64,000 nucleotides of DNA from Spirochaetia bacterium. GTDB lineage: Bacteria > Spirochaetota > Spirochaetia > CADAEX01. Shown here piece after piece: positions 1 through 9,851 of the stretch (its first letter is position 1; the number at the start of each line of letters is the position of its first letter). The translations under genes and the position numbers were made by a program. The DNA lies in NCBI GenBank assembly GCA_963662795.1, contig OY759746.1, positions 1,664,001 through 1,728,000 of the forward strand, in the 5' to 3' direction. The notes beneath the pieces are model-generated. The model saw only the letters and a program-made list of their open reading frames with translations. It was not told the DNA's origin and searched no databases.

Positions 1-1
1 G

Positions 2-334
2 ATAAATATAAATAGTGTAATTACAGTTACGTTTATAATCGGTTCTGCAACCGCTGCAATCGGAGGAATACTTATCTGCTCCTATATGGGACAGATAAAT
101 TATTATATAGGTTTTATAGCCGGCATAAAGGCTTTTGTTGCTGCCGTGCTCGGAGGAATAGGAAGTATTCCAGGGGCAGTTCTGGGGAGTTTTGTTCTCG
201 GATGGACTGAAAGCCTTGGTACAGGCTACATCTCAAGTGATTATGAAGACTCTTTCGCTTTTATAATTCTGATATTGATTCTTACAGTCAAACCATCAGG
301 TATTCTGGGACGAAAAGAGAACCAAAAGGTGTGA
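2..334 (+). CDS. livH: Branched-chain amino acid ABC permease LivH, 5'-truncated by window edge
   Basis: Frame open from base 2; C-terminal motifs KAFVAAVLGGIGSIPGAVLG and KPSGILG; first gene of livHMGF run. Confidence 0.9.
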   Translation: MNINSVITVTFIIGSATAAIGGILICSYMGQINYYIGFIAGIKAFVAAVLGGIGSIPGAVLGSFVLGWTESLGTGYISSDYEDSFAFIILILILTVKPSGILGRKENQKV

Positions 335-337
335 CAC

Positions 338-1621
338 ATGGAAGATTTTAACTGGAAAGAATATTTAAAAAATTCTTTTATATCAATGATATGGTTTTCT
401 CTTCTTCTTTTTCCCATGCTTGTAATGAAGATAAATGTAAAAGGCGGTATGGCAGATGTAACATACAGGTGGGGGTATCTGGTTATTGTGCCGGTCTCTG
501 CCTTTATACTTTCCGCTCTCTGGAAATATTTCAGGGAAAGACAGCAGGGTGGAGAAAAAACCGATAAAAGAGGAGAAATTGCAGCATTATTCCGCAGGAC
601 TTTTATTGAAAACAATACAATTAAGAAAGTCTTAATAATTTCTGCAGTCCTGATCATGGCGTTTTATCCGATTTTCTCCGGTATGTACAACACAAATGTC
701 ATGATTTCGGCACTTATTTATATTATGCTCGGCCTTGGTCTCAATATAGTACTTGGTCTTGGCGGAATGCTCCATCTCGGCCATGCTGCGTTTTTCGCAG
801 TAGGTGCATATACTTACGGTCTCTTTTTCCGGTATGCGGGGCAGTTTTTTGTTGACGCAGGAATCAGCACCGGATGGATGTTCTGGATTGCCCTTCCAGC
901 CGGCGGAATAATGGCCGCAGTTTTCGGTGTGCTTTTAAGTCTTCCTGTTTTAAGGCTCCGCGGAGATTATCTTGCTATAGTAACACTTGCATTCGGAGAG
1001 ATAATGAGGATGGTCCTTCAGAACTGGGGCAATGTAACGGGAGGCGCAACAGGAATAAGCCTTATTCCCCGTCCATGGCTTTTCGGCATAAATGTTACTC
1101 CAAGACTTGCCGCAGTTTACATATATTATATTGTTTTTGCATTTGTCATTATAAGCATAATAACGGTCAGCAGACTTGAGAATTCAAGAATCGGCAGGGC
1201 CTGGGAAGCAATGAGGGAAGACGAGATAGCCTGCCAGTCGGTGGGTATAGATCTTGTAAGAAACAAGCTTACCGCTTTTGTGCTCGGATCTGTCTGGGCA
1301 GGCGTTGCGGGAGTTCTTTTCGCATCCCAGACAACCTATATAAATCCCGACAGTTTTACAATCTGGGAATCCATACTGATATTATGTATTGTAGTTCTCG
1401 GCGGAACAGGTTCAATCTCCGGGGTTATTCTGGGTGCGCTTATAATCAAGCTGCTTCCTGAATATATGAGGGCATTCGCCCAGTACCGGATGCTTATATT
1501 CGGGCTTGCTCTTGTTTTAATGATGATTTTCAGACCCGGCGGTATAATTATGAAGGTGAGAAAAGTTTACCGGTTCCCCCTTGATGAAGAAAACGATGCA
1601 GCAGCAGAAGGACAGAATTGA
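338..1621 (+). CDS. livM: Branched-chain amino acid ABC permease LivM
   Basis: LGLNIVLGLGGMLHLGHAAFFAVGAY, LRLRGDYLAIVTLAFGEI, GRAWEAMREDE, FRPGG motifs. Confidence 0.92.
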   Translation: MEDFNWKEYLKNSFISMIWFSLLLFPMLVMKINVKGGMADVTYRWGYLVIVPVSAFILSALWKYFRERQQGGEKTDKRGEIAALFRRTFIENNTIKKVLIISAVLIMAFYPIFSGMYNTNVMISALIYIMLGLGLNIVLGLGGMLHLGHAAFFAVGAYTYGLFFRYAGQFFVDAGISTGWMFWIALPAGGIMAAVFGVLLSLPVLRLRGDYLAIVTLAFGEIMRMVLQNWGNVTGGATGISLIPRPWLFGINVTPRLAAVYIYYIVFAFVIISIITVSRLENSRIGRAWEAMREDEIACQSVGIDLVRNKLTAFVLGSVWAGVAGVLFASQTTYINPDSFTIWESILILCIVVLGGTGSISGVILGALIIKLLPEYMRAFAQYRMLIFGLALVLMMIFRPGGIIMKVRKVYRFPLDEENDAAAEGQN

Positions 1622-2400
1622 TGGTAAAGTTAATGGAAATAGATAACCTGTCCATGGTTTTCGGCGGCCTCAAGGCTATTGATAATGTAAACATGAGTAT
1701 CAATTCCGGTGCCATAACAGCTCTTATAGGCCCCAACGGAGCGGGGAAAACGACACTCTTTAACTGCATAACCGGGGTTTATAAACCGACGTCCGGCAGT
1801 GTCAGTATAAAGAAGCCGGGACAGAAGGAAAGTGAAAAAATCAGCGGGTTAAAGCCGCATATTATAAACAGAAAAGGACTTGCAAGAACTTTTCAGAATA
1901 TCAGGCTGTTCAGCAACATGTCTGTTCTTGAAAATGTTATGGTAGGACGCCATCATAAGCTTAACGCCAATATTATGGGTGCTCTTCTGCGCGACCGGAA
2001 AACAAGAGAGGAAGAAGAGAAGGTTGTAAATGACAGCTATGAAATACTGAAAAAAATCAACCTTCATAAATTTGTAAATGAGATGGCAAGGAATCTTCCT
2101 TACGGCGCCCAGAGGAGACTTGAGATTGCGCGCGCCCTGTCGACAGATCCTTTCCTGCTTCTTCTTGACGAGCCGGCTGCAGGGATGAACCCGCTTGAAA
2201 CAAGGGAACTGGAAGATACAATCAACAGGCTTCGCAGTGAAGAGAAAATAACAATCCTGCTTATTGAACATGATATGAGTCTTGTCATGAACATCTCTGA
2301 ACATATTTATGTTGTTGATTATGGAAAAATGATAGCAGAAGGATCTCCTGACGAAGTCAAAAGAAATCCGGATGTAATTAAAGCCTATCTCGGAGAATGA
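1621..2400 (+). CDS. livG: Branched-chain amino acid ABC ATPase LivG
   Basis: Walker A GPNGAGKTT, ARTFQNIRLF, LPYGAQRRLEIARAL, LLLDEPAAG, C-terminal VIKAYLG. Confidence 0.93.
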   Translation: MVKLMEIDNLSMVFGGLKAIDNVNMSINSGAITALIGPNGAGKTTLFNCITGVYKPTSGSVSIKKPGQKESEKISGLKPHIINRKGLARTFQNIRLFSNMSVLENVMVGRHHKLNANIMGALLRDRKTREEEEKVVNDSYEILKKINLHKFVNEMARNLPYGAQRRLEIARALSTDPFLLLLDEPAAGMNPLETRELEDTINRLRSEEKITILLIEHDMSLVMNISEHIYVVDYGKMIAEGSPDEVKRNPDVIKAYLGE

Positions 2401-2403
2401 TTG

Positions 2404-3117
2404 ATGAGTATGTTAAAACTTGAAAATGTGGAAACATTTTACGGCAATATCAAAGCGTTAAAGTCTGTAAATATTGCGATAGATGAAGGGGAAATAATTA
2501 CACTTATAGGCGCCAACGGCGCGGGAAAATCGACTACCCTTATGTCTGTGTGCGGTATTGTTCACCCCAAGAGGGGGCATGTCTATTTCCAGGGCCAGGA
2601 TATAACACATTATGAGCCTGAAAAGATAGTATCCCTTGGTATTTCACAGGTGCCGGAGGGTCGGCGGATTTTCCCGCAGCTGACTGTTCTTGAAAATCTT
2701 GATATGGGCGCTTTCTTAAGAAAAGACAAAAAAAACATTAAAAATGATTTTGATGAAATATTCACCCTTTTTCCCCGGCTGGCTGAAAGGAGAACACAGC
2801 AGGGAGGCACCCTTTCGGGAGGCGAGCAGCAGATGCTGGCAATATCAAGGGCGCTGGTGGCTAAACCCAAACTTCTTCTTCTTGATGAGCCTTCTCTTGG
2901 TCTTGCTCCCATTATTGTTCACCAGATTTTTGAAATTATCGCAAGGATAAACCGTGATAACGGAACTACAATATTCCTTGTGGAACAGAACGCCAATATG
3001 GCTTTGAAAATCGCCAACAGGGGATATGTTCTCCAGAACGGTGCAATAAAAATTCATGATACGGCTGAAAACCTTCTGGCAAACGAGGAAGTGCGGAAAG
3101 CATATCTTGGGGTCTGA
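2404..3117 (+). CDS. livF: Branched-chain amino acid ABC ATPase LivF
   Basis: GANGAGKST, QVPEGRRIF, LSGGEQQMLA, LDEPSLGLAP, VEQN; start could be 2401, 2404 or 2410. Confidence 0.93.
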   Translation: MSMLKLENVETFYGNIKALKSVNIAIDEGEIITLIGANGAGKSTTLMSVCGIVHPKRGHVYFQGQDITHYEPEKIVSLGISQVPEGRRIFPQLTVLENLDMGAFLRKDKKNIKNDFDEIFTLFPRLAERRTQQGGTLSGGEQQMLAISRALVAKPKLLLLDEPSLGLAPIIVHQIFEIIARINRDNGTTIFLVEQNANMALKIANRGYVLQNGAIKIHDTAENLLANEEVRKAYLGV

Positions 3118-3136
3118 AAAAAAGTACCGGATGAAT

Positions 3137-3178
3137 AAAATGACCCCCATTAAGCAGAAACTTTATGGGGGTATTTTT
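3137..3178. terminator. Bidirectional intrinsic terminator between convergent livF and iolG-like gene
   Basis: Stem ACCCCCAT (3143-3150) / ATGGGGGT (3165-3172) flanked by A- and T-runs. Confidence 0.7.
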
Positions 3179-3207
3179 ATGTTTACCCTGCTGTTTAAAG
3201 CGGGATT

Positions 3208-4221
3208 TTAGAACCTGAGAAGTTCTCCCTTTTCAAATGATTCCTTGCAGCGGTAGGCAATTTCAGAAACCCGTGTTCCATCGTAAACTGTTACATGAGG
3301 CTTCCTGTTTTCAAGAATACAGTTTACAAATTCCTGGACCTCATTGAGATAAGAACTTTCAAATCTCTCAAGGAAATTTTCACTGCATTCCTTTCTTACC
3401 CCGGTATTATCAAAAATCTCTACAAGATTTTTCTGAGGCACTGATGCTATCCGGAGTGTCCCTTTTGTCCCTATAATCTCTGTTTCGACATTGTAGCCGT
3501 GCGGGGCAGTCCTTCCCGCAAAAAGGAATGCCATTGAATCATTTTTGAATTTCATGAGGCATGATACGTTATCACCATCGTTTGATTTTGCAAACTCAGG
3601 GTGAGCGTAACAGCCGCCTATAGCATATACCGTTTCAGGTTCTTCCCCGATAAACCACCTTGCAAGATCAATATCATGCACTGCCATATCGAGAAACTGC
3701 CCGCCGCTGTGAGGTGCAAACGCTATGGCCCCGTCTATGAATTTTTCAGGGTCCTGGCTGTATGATCTGAAAAGCACAACCTTGCCGATTTCACCTGCTG
3801 CGACTTTCTTTTTTGCGTACATGTAGGATTCATCAAACCGTCTCATGAAGCCGAGCATGAATATCTTGTCAGGATGTTTTTCAACTGCCTTTTCAGCCAT
3901 TCTGCATTCACCTACTGTAACTCCGAGGGGTTTTTCTGAAAATACATGAAGCCCCGCATCAAGCGCGGATGCGATTTGCCCTGTATGAAGGGCTGAAGGA
4001 GATACAATAACAACTGCGTCAAGTTCTTCGAGCCTGATCATTTCATTGAAGTCTGTAAACCTGTGTTTTACATTCAGGCGGTCTGCAGTCTTTGCCAGCA
4101 TCTCCCTGTTAAGATCACAGAGAGCTGTCAATTCAGCATTTTCAATTTTACCCGCAATATTTTCCGCGTGGCGGAGGCCGAGACGGCCAAGTCCTACTGA
4201 ACCGATTTTAATTTTTTTCAA
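3208..4221 (-). CDS. iolG: Gfo/Idh/MocA oxidoreductase, inositol 2-dehydrogenase (IolG)-like
   Basis: GLGRLG Rossmann motif, SEKP, GFMRRFD, SQDP, DMAVHDID; TTG start with GGAG RBS; downstream of IolI-like gene. Confidence 0.75.
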   Translation of the reverse strand: MKKIKIGSVGLGRLGLRHAENIAGKIENAELTALCDLNREMLAKTADRLNVKHRFTDFNEMIRLEELDAVVIVSPSALHTGQIASALDAGLHVFSEKPLGVTVGECRMAEKAVEKHPDKIFMLGFMRRFDESYMYAKKKVAAGEIGKVVLFRSYSQDPEKFIDGAIAFAPHSGGQFLDMAVHDIDLARWFIGEEPETVYAIGGCYAHPEFAKSNDGDNVSCLMKFKNDSMAFLFAGRTAPHGYNVETEIIGTKGTLRIASVPQKNLVEIFDNTGVRKECSENFLERFESSYLNEVQEFVNCILENRKPHVTVYDGTRVSEIAYRCKESFEKGELLRF

Positions 4222-4359
4222 GTTGTTCTCCAGTTTTTAAGAGCAATTACGCGCTTTGTCTGATTTTTTTAAATCTATCCATTTACTAAAATAAAAAATA
4301 AATTCAAATCTGGAATTTGTGCACTGCCGGATAGAAGTCAGTAAAAGACCGTTCAATTA

Positions 4360-5178
4360 TTAATCAAGTATGAACCTGATTGATTCAGTAACCGCTTTCT
4401 TTAGCGCAGTCTTATCTGTTTTTTGTATCACATTTGAAAATGGTTCAAAGGAAATAATTCCTTTATATCCTTCTGCATCCATTTCTTTAACCTGTTTTTT
4501 ATTTCCTATCCTGTCTTTGTTTGTTACCAGGACTCTATGGCTGTCTCTCATTTCATTGTCAGCAATTATATTTTCAACTCCTGATATGTGTATAAGCCCG
4601 GTTTCGTGCGGATATAATTTCTTGTCTGTTCCAAGGTAATGATGAAATGTGTCGTGAACAACCTTGTAGCATCCGTTTCCGGAGAGGCTGATTGCTTCGA
4701 CTGCCTCTTTTTTTCCCCTGATTGAACATTCACTGAAACCCAGAGGTTCTACAAGTCCTGTTATCCCGGTTGCTTTAAAAAAAGGCGCATAGAGAGACAG
4801 TGCTTTGGCAGTATCTGCTGTAAACTGTTCCTTAGTCCTTCTGTCATTTGTGTCATTGTTTGGGCATAGAATTATCGCTTTGCAGCCAATTTCCGCGCAC
4901 AATTCCGCTGTTTTTTTAATTTCCTCTTCCGCTTTCCTGAAATTGGAAGGGAGATTGAATTTTTGTATTGCATTTATGGCTGCAATTTCTATACCTGCAT
5001 CGCTGCACATTTTTTTAACTTCACCCGGTTTAAGTTGATCAATTATATTTCCATCGCCAAGATCATTGCGTAGTTCAATATATTTCAAACCACAGTCTGC
5101 TGTTAAATCAATGAATTCTTTTATAGACAGTGCCGGCGATATTATCCTGTTTAAAGAAAAACGGTTTATTGAGAGCAT
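4360..5178 (-). CDS. iolI: Xylose-isomerase-like TIM barrel, 2-keto-myo-inositol isomerase (IolI)-like
   Basis: FSLNRIISP, IELRNDL, INAIQKFN, LVEPLGF, VHDTFHH, HISG, SFEPFS resemble enterobacterial IolI (recalled). Confidence 0.7.
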   Translation of the reverse strand: MLSINRFSLNRIISPALSIKEFIDLTADCGLKYIELRNDLGDGNIIDQLKPGEVKKMCSDAGIEIAAINAIQKFNLPSNFRKAEEEIKKTAELCAEIGCKAIILCPNNDTNDRRTKEQFTADTAKALSLYAPFFKATGITGLVEPLGFSECSIRGKKEAVEAISLSGNGCYKVVHDTFHHYLGTDKKLYPHETGLIHISGVENIIADNEMRDSHRVLVTNKDRIGNKKQVKEMDAEGYKGIISFEPFSNVIQKTDKTALKKAVTESIRFILD

Positions 5179-5208
5179 CTATAAACTCCATGAATAGTAT
5201 TAATAATA

Positions 5209-5236
5209 ATTCTATCACATCTTTTCCGTAAGTCAA
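5209..5236 (-). promoter_or_regulatory. Sigma70-type promoter for iolI-iolG
   Basis: Minus strand TTGACT-16 bp-TAGAAT with extended -10 TG. Confidence 0.55.
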
Positions 5237-5242
5237 GAGATA

Positions 5243-5286
5243 TTTACAACAAAGTTGCGTAACATAGTTTTATAACAAAGTTTGCG
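5243..5286. promoter_or_regulatory. Imperfect direct repeat, candidate ROK operator
   Basis: TTTACAACAAAGTTGCG (5243-5259) and TTTATAACAAAGTTTGCG (5269-5286) in the divergent iolI/ROK gap; related sequence at 33426-33443. Confidence 0.45.
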
Positions 5287-5334
5287 AAATGAGATAAACC
5301 GTGCTATTATTAATAAGAATGGCGGACTGAATTT

Positions 5335-6645
5335 ATGACAAAAAAAACAGGAAACAGGCCCAGGACGATAAGAAACAGCAACCTCAAGCTGATGCTCAAT
5401 CTGTATGGTGAACAAAAGGCTCTTTCTGTTTCTGAAATAGCATCAAGAATAAATTTAAGCAGGACAACTGTTTCAAAGATAAATGAAAAGCTTCTTGCCC
5501 TTAATCTGGTTGCAGCCTGCGGAAAAGGCGACTCGACTGATGAAGGGGGAAAGAAGCCTGAACTATACTGCCTGAACCGGCAGTTCGGCCATATCATATG
5601 TTTTCATATTATAGAAGGCTTTATAAATGTAAAGATATTTGATCTTTCTCTCACTGCAATAAACAAAGAAAAAATACCGACCAGGGATGATGAGTCTCTT
5701 GAAAATATAATTTCTGTTATTGGAAAAAAAGTGGAGGAATATTTATCTGATTCAGCGGCTGATGAGGAAACGCAAATGCGCGCTGATTATAAATCCGGGG
5801 GCGGCTTAAACCGGGATGAAAAAAATAACAGGGGAAGCCGGCTCCTTGGAATATCTGTTTCGGTTCATGGAATTATTGATTCCGAGAAAGGGATATGCTA
5901 TACAGCTCCTCATTTCCCTTCCTGGGGGAGCAACAGGAATATAAAGAAAATGATTATTGAAAAACTCGGCCCGTCAATAACTGTTCACGTGGACAGCTGG
6001 ATCAGGTTTAAAGCCTACAGCGCAAAAATTGAGGGCGATGAGCCGGTATTTAAAAACTATGTGCTACTTGATGCCGGGCAGCACGGAATTGTTTCAGGTG
6101 TGGTAATAAACGGAGAACTTTTTTCGGGACATCACTATCTTTCCGGTGAAATCGGGCATACAATTGTTTCCGCGACAGATGTTAAACAGTGCTACTGCGG
6201 GGGATACGGCTGCCTTGAAACTTTTATAGACTGCAGGAGTCTTGTCGCTAAAGCAGTTTCCATGAAGAACAGATATCCCGAATCCCTGATTTTTAAAAAT
6301 AGTCAGAATGTTCCGGAACCGGAGATCTTTGATATTTTCAGGGCCTCCAATAATAACGATGAACTCGCCTGTCTTTTAATGGATGAAGCCGCCGGCTGGT
6401 TTGCCATCGGGCTTTCCAATGTTTTTCTCATGTTTGATCCTGAAGTCATATATTTTGAGGGCGACTATTCCAATGCCGGAGATTATTTTATCAACAGGCT
6501 TAATGAGAAAATTAATTCTGTTTCCCTTAACGGACTTGAAAAAAACTTCAGGATTATTTTTCAGGACTCAAGGCACAGTATGACCATGCTCGGCGCTGCA
6601 GCGTTTGCGCGGGATTACTATCTTTTCAATAAAATAGAAGCCTGA
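5335..6645 (+). CDS. ROK family transcriptional regulator
   Basis: N-terminal HTH (LSRTTVSKI), GGKKP, GEIGH, zinc motif CYCGGYGCLE. Confidence 0.9.
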   Translation: MTKKTGNRPRTIRNSNLKLMLNLYGEQKALSVSEIASRINLSRTTVSKINEKLLALNLVAACGKGDSTDEGGKKPELYCLNRQFGHIICFHIIEGFINVKIFDLSLTAINKEKIPTRDDESLENIISVIGKKVEEYLSDSAADEETQMRADYKSGGGLNRDEKNNRGSRLLGISVSVHGIIDSEKGICYTAPHFPSWGSNRNIKKMIIEKLGPSITVHVDSWIRFKAYSAKIEGDEPVFKNYVLLDAGQHGIVSGVVINGELFSGHHYLSGEIGHTIVSATDVKQCYCGGYGCLETFIDCRSLVAKAVSMKNRYPESLIFKNSQNVPEPEIFDIFRASNNNDELACLLMDEAAGWFAIGLSNVFLMFDPEVIYFEGDYSNAGDYFINRLNEKINSVSLNGLEKNFRIIFQDSRHSMTMLGAAAFARDYYLFNKIEA

Positions 6646-6704
6646 TGCGGGATTATCAAAAAAAACGGTTTCCAAAATAAAGCATTCTGTATCATAATAT
6701 ATAT

Positions 6705-7733
6705 ATGGGTACTCCTGAAAAACTTACAATCGATGATGTTGCGAAATACTGCGGATGTTCACGGGCTACTGTGTCCAGGGTGATGAATCATGATAAACGG
6801 GTAAGACCTGAGACTGCCGAAGCTGTAGAGGCTGCCATGGAGAAACTCGGTTATCATCCCAATTCCATGGCAAGGGCCCTTTCCGCCGGAAAGACAAACA
6901 CTGTAGCTGTTGTGGTCCCTGAAAAATGGCAGGATCAGCCTTATTATATAAAGCTGATCGATGCTATAGAAGATGTTGCAGATTCCAGAGGATATAATAT
7001 AATTTTAAAGAGACGCAAATATATCGACTCTGTTGCCGAACTTGTAAGCCGCAAGCAGGTTGACGGTGTTATTTTCAGGAATATGGAAGAAACGGGGAAG
7101 GAACTTGCCCTTTACGGAAAAATGGAAAGGATGGGGCTTCCTTTTATTCTTATAGGAAAACCGGTCTCAGCCTATCCTTTTATTAAGGTGGATAATGTCG
7201 GGGGGGCAAGGGCTGTCGCTTCATACCTCGCTGAACAGGGATATGAAAAAATCCTGTTTATAAAAGGGCCTGAAGATCATGTGGATTCAATTGACCGTCT
7301 TGCGGGACTTAAAATAGGTCTTTCAGAGAAAGGTTTTAACCTCGATAATCTGTTACTCTCTAACGGGGATTATTCAACAGAGAGCGGCTATCGCACGGCA
7401 AAAGAATATTTTACGAAAAACAGGGCTGATGCCGTATTTGCTGCCAATGACAGAATGGCGCTTGGAGTACTGCTTTACTGCAGGGAAAAAGGGATACAGG
7501 TGCCTGAAGAACTCGGCATAGTCGGGTTTGATGACAACTTCTTTGCCGAGTATTTAACCCCACCCCTTACAACTGTTAAACCGCCGATGTATGAAATCGG
7601 GATTGTCGCAATGGAATCACTGATCAGAATGATTGAAAACAGGGAGAGACCCAATATCCGGGTAATACTGCCGGCAGAGCTTATTATAAGGGAATCGTGC
7701 CGGACGGGGATGCGGCCGGAGAAAAAAACTTGA
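6705..7733 (+). CDS. LacI family transcriptional regulator
   Basis: TIDDVAKYCGCSRATVSRVMN HTH, YHPNSMARAL hinge, NDRMALG, VGFDD, PPLTTV. Confidence 0.95.
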   Translation: MGTPEKLTIDDVAKYCGCSRATVSRVMNHDKRVRPETAEAVEAAMEKLGYHPNSMARALSAGKTNTVAVVVPEKWQDQPYYIKLIDAIEDVADSRGYNIILKRRKYIDSVAELVSRKQVDGVIFRNMEETGKELALYGKMERMGLPFILIGKPVSAYPFIKVDNVGGARAVASYLAEQGYEKILFIKGPEDHVDSIDRLAGLKIGLSEKGFNLDNLLLSNGDYSTESGYRTAKEYFTKNRADAVFAANDRMALGVLLYCREKGIQVPEELGIVGFDDNFFAEYLTPPLTTVKPPMYEIGIVAMESLIRMIENRERPNIRVILPAELIIRESCRTGMRPEKKT

Positions 7734-7757
7734 CATCCTTTAATGTTAGGTTATAAT
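7730..7757 (+). promoter_or_regulatory. Consensus sigma70 promoter for ABC operon 1
   Basis: TTGACA (7730-7735, overlapping the lacI stop)-16 bp-TATAAT (7752-7757). Confidence 0.8.
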
Positions 7758-7773
7758 GGAGTTGTTACTAAAA

Positions 7774-7787
7774 TGTAATCGCTTCCA
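7774..7787. promoter_or_regulatory. LacI-type operator
   Basis: TGTAATCGCTTCCA fits the LacI-family TGNAANCGNTTNCA pattern, just downstream of the -10. Confidence 0.65.
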
Positions 7788-7817
7788 TAATTATAACATA
7801 AAAAAACAGGAGGAATT

Positions 7818-8972
7818 ATGAGAAAAAGTCTTATTATCATGCTTGTTCTGCTGCTGACGGCAGGACTGGTATTCGCGGGCGGAAAAAAAGAAGCCGGAAA
7901 GATTGTTCTGATGACAGCTGGAGACACCAACATGCTTGCTATCCAACAGAATGTTTTAGGTCCCCAGTTTGCGGCATTGAACCCCGGCACAGGGCTGATC
8001 TCTGTTCATACCGGCCCGGGAAACGCCGGTTCCCAGAGAATTTATGAAAAACTTCTTGCGGAAAGTGAATCAAAGAAAGAAGTATGGGATATTGATGTGG
8101 CAATTGTTCATGAAATCTTCATGAAATGGGCAATGGACAAAGATCTTCTTCTCCCATACGCAAAAGAGAATGATTCCTGGAAATATGTAACATCGCCTTT
8201 TGCGAAAAATACTCTCGGAGTTAATATTGAAGGTTATGCCATTCCCATGTTCCACAGCCAGACCGCTATAGCCTACAATCCGCAGTTTGTGAAAAACCCG
8301 CCGAAAACCTATGCTGAACTTGAGAAATGGGTTAAAGAGAACCCAGGAAAATTCGGATACAACGGAGTCAAGGGCGGAGCTTCGGGCGTTTCATTTGTTG
8401 TCGGATGGGTTTACTGGAAAACCGGGAGATATGAAAAACTTGCCGTTACAGGTCCTGTAGAGCAGTCGGAAATAGCATCCTGGGAAGGAGCATACAAAGC
8501 TCTTGAGGATTTCAACCAGAATGTTACCTATACTGCCGGTAATGTCGGAACACTTGACGCGCTTAACAGGGGCGAAATATGGATGGGCCCGGTCTGGGTT
8601 GATATGTTTTTTACATTCATGAAGGAAGGAAAACTTAATCCTGAAACAAGAATGATACTTCCTGATCCGGGTATGCCTGGACAGCCGATGTATTATGTAA
8701 TACCAAAAAAAGCCGCCAATCCGGAACTTGCAAAAAAATATATAGCATTCGCAACTTCACCTGAAGTACAGGGAAAGGAAATTGTTGAGAAATTCAACTG
8801 GTATCCCGGTATTGACGGATCTTTCCTTGAAGGAAAAGTTCCGCCGGAAGTCTATAAAAAGATTTACAGTGATGTAACTCCGGCAGATTTGCAGAAAAAA
8901 GGCCTTTCATTTCCGCTTGCTGATTATCACACAGCAATGCTTGAATCATACGAGAAATGGGTCAGGAAATAA
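7818..8972 (+). CDS. ABC transporter solute-binding protein (PotD/YnjB-like cluster); possible inositol-phosphate ligand
   Basis: Signal peptide ending VFAGGKKE; AYNP, PPKTYAEL, NPGKFGYN motifs; GGAGG RBS; followed by two permeases and an ATPase. Confidence 0.85.
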   Translation: MRKSLIIMLVLLLTAGLVFAGGKKEAGKIVLMTAGDTNMLAIQQNVLGPQFAALNPGTGLISVHTGPGNAGSQRIYEKLLAESESKKEVWDIDVAIVHEIFMKWAMDKDLLLPYAKENDSWKYVTSPFAKNTLGVNIEGYAIPMFHSQTAIAYNPQFVKNPPKTYAELEKWVKENPGKFGYNGVKGGASGVSFVVGWVYWKTGRYEKLAVTGPVEQSEIASWEGAYKALEDFNQNVTYTAGNVGTLDALNRGEIWMGPVWVDMFFTFMKEGKLNPETRMILPDPGMPGQPMYYVIPKKAANPELAKKYIAFATSPEVQGKEIVEKFNWYPGIDGSFLEGKVPPEVYKKIYSDVTPADLQKKGLSFPLADYHTAMLESYEKWVRK

Positions 8973-9841
8973 TGGATAGTTCCGTAATCGGAAGGAAGGG
9001 AGCCTTTCGTCTCCCTTCCTATGTATTCCTTCTGTTTCCTGCAGTAGCATTTATTCTTATAATGTACGCTTATCCCTTTATCCTTTCTTTTGTTAAAAGC
9101 TTTGAACTGGACGGGGCTTTTTCTACAGCTAACTACAAAAAAGCTGTTGACCTTTATTATAAGGATATTACTTTTACCTTTCTGGTTACCCTGTTTAACA
9201 GTACTCTCGCGACATTGTTCGGTGTTCTGCTTTCTGTTTATTTCAGGCTGAACGATTCAGTAATTTCACGGACACTTATCAAGCTGTACAGGATTCCGAT
9301 TTTTATTCCGTTTGTTGTTGTTGCCCAGATGATGAACAGCTTCCTTGCTCCCCACGGAATATTGAATCTGTTCCTGGGAAAGGCCGGGCTTGTAAACCTT
9401 GATAATCCATTGCAGCTGTTTAACTTCGCAGGTCTTTCTTTCGGATTTGCATGGAAGCTTATTCCTTTTACCGTGATGATAATATTCGGCGGGTTTCAGA
9501 TGATAGACAACAGCTATATTGAGGCTGCAAGAAGCGCCGGCGCTAAACTGCATCAGATAATCATAAAAATACTTATTCCGATGAACAGTTCAAGCATTCT
9601 TGTCGCGCTTGTGCTTGTCTATTCACAGATTGTCGGCACTTTTACACTGCCCTATATGCTTATAGGGGGTAAAATACCTACAACCATTACTGTTGATATT
9701 GCACACAGGGTTAACTATTACAGGGATTTCGGGGTAGCAAATGCACTCGGGGTCTTTTCCTATATTATGGTTATAATTACCGCGGTTTATTATTTGAAAA
9801 TGAATATGAGGGATGCAAAGATTTCGCATCCCCAGGGCTGA
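8972..9841 (+). CDS. ABC transporter permease (PotB-like)
   Basis: Multiple TM segments, EAA loop YIEAARSAGA; ATG overlaps upstream stop. Confidence 0.88.
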   Translation: MDSSVIGRKGAFRLPSYVFLLFPAVAFILIMYAYPFILSFVKSFELDGAFSTANYKKAVDLYYKDITFTFLVTLFNSTLATLFGVLLSVYFRLNDSVISRTLIKLYRIPIFIPFVVVAQMMNSFLAPHGILNLFLGKAGLVNLDNPLQLFNFAGLSFGFAWKLIPFTVMIIFGGFQMIDNSYIEAARSAGAKLHQIIIKILIPMNSSSILVALVLVYSQIVGTFTLPYMLIGGKIPTTITVDIAHRVNYYRDFGVANALGVFSYIMVIITAVYYLKMNMRDAKISHPQG

Positions 9842-9851
9842 AAGGGAAAAA

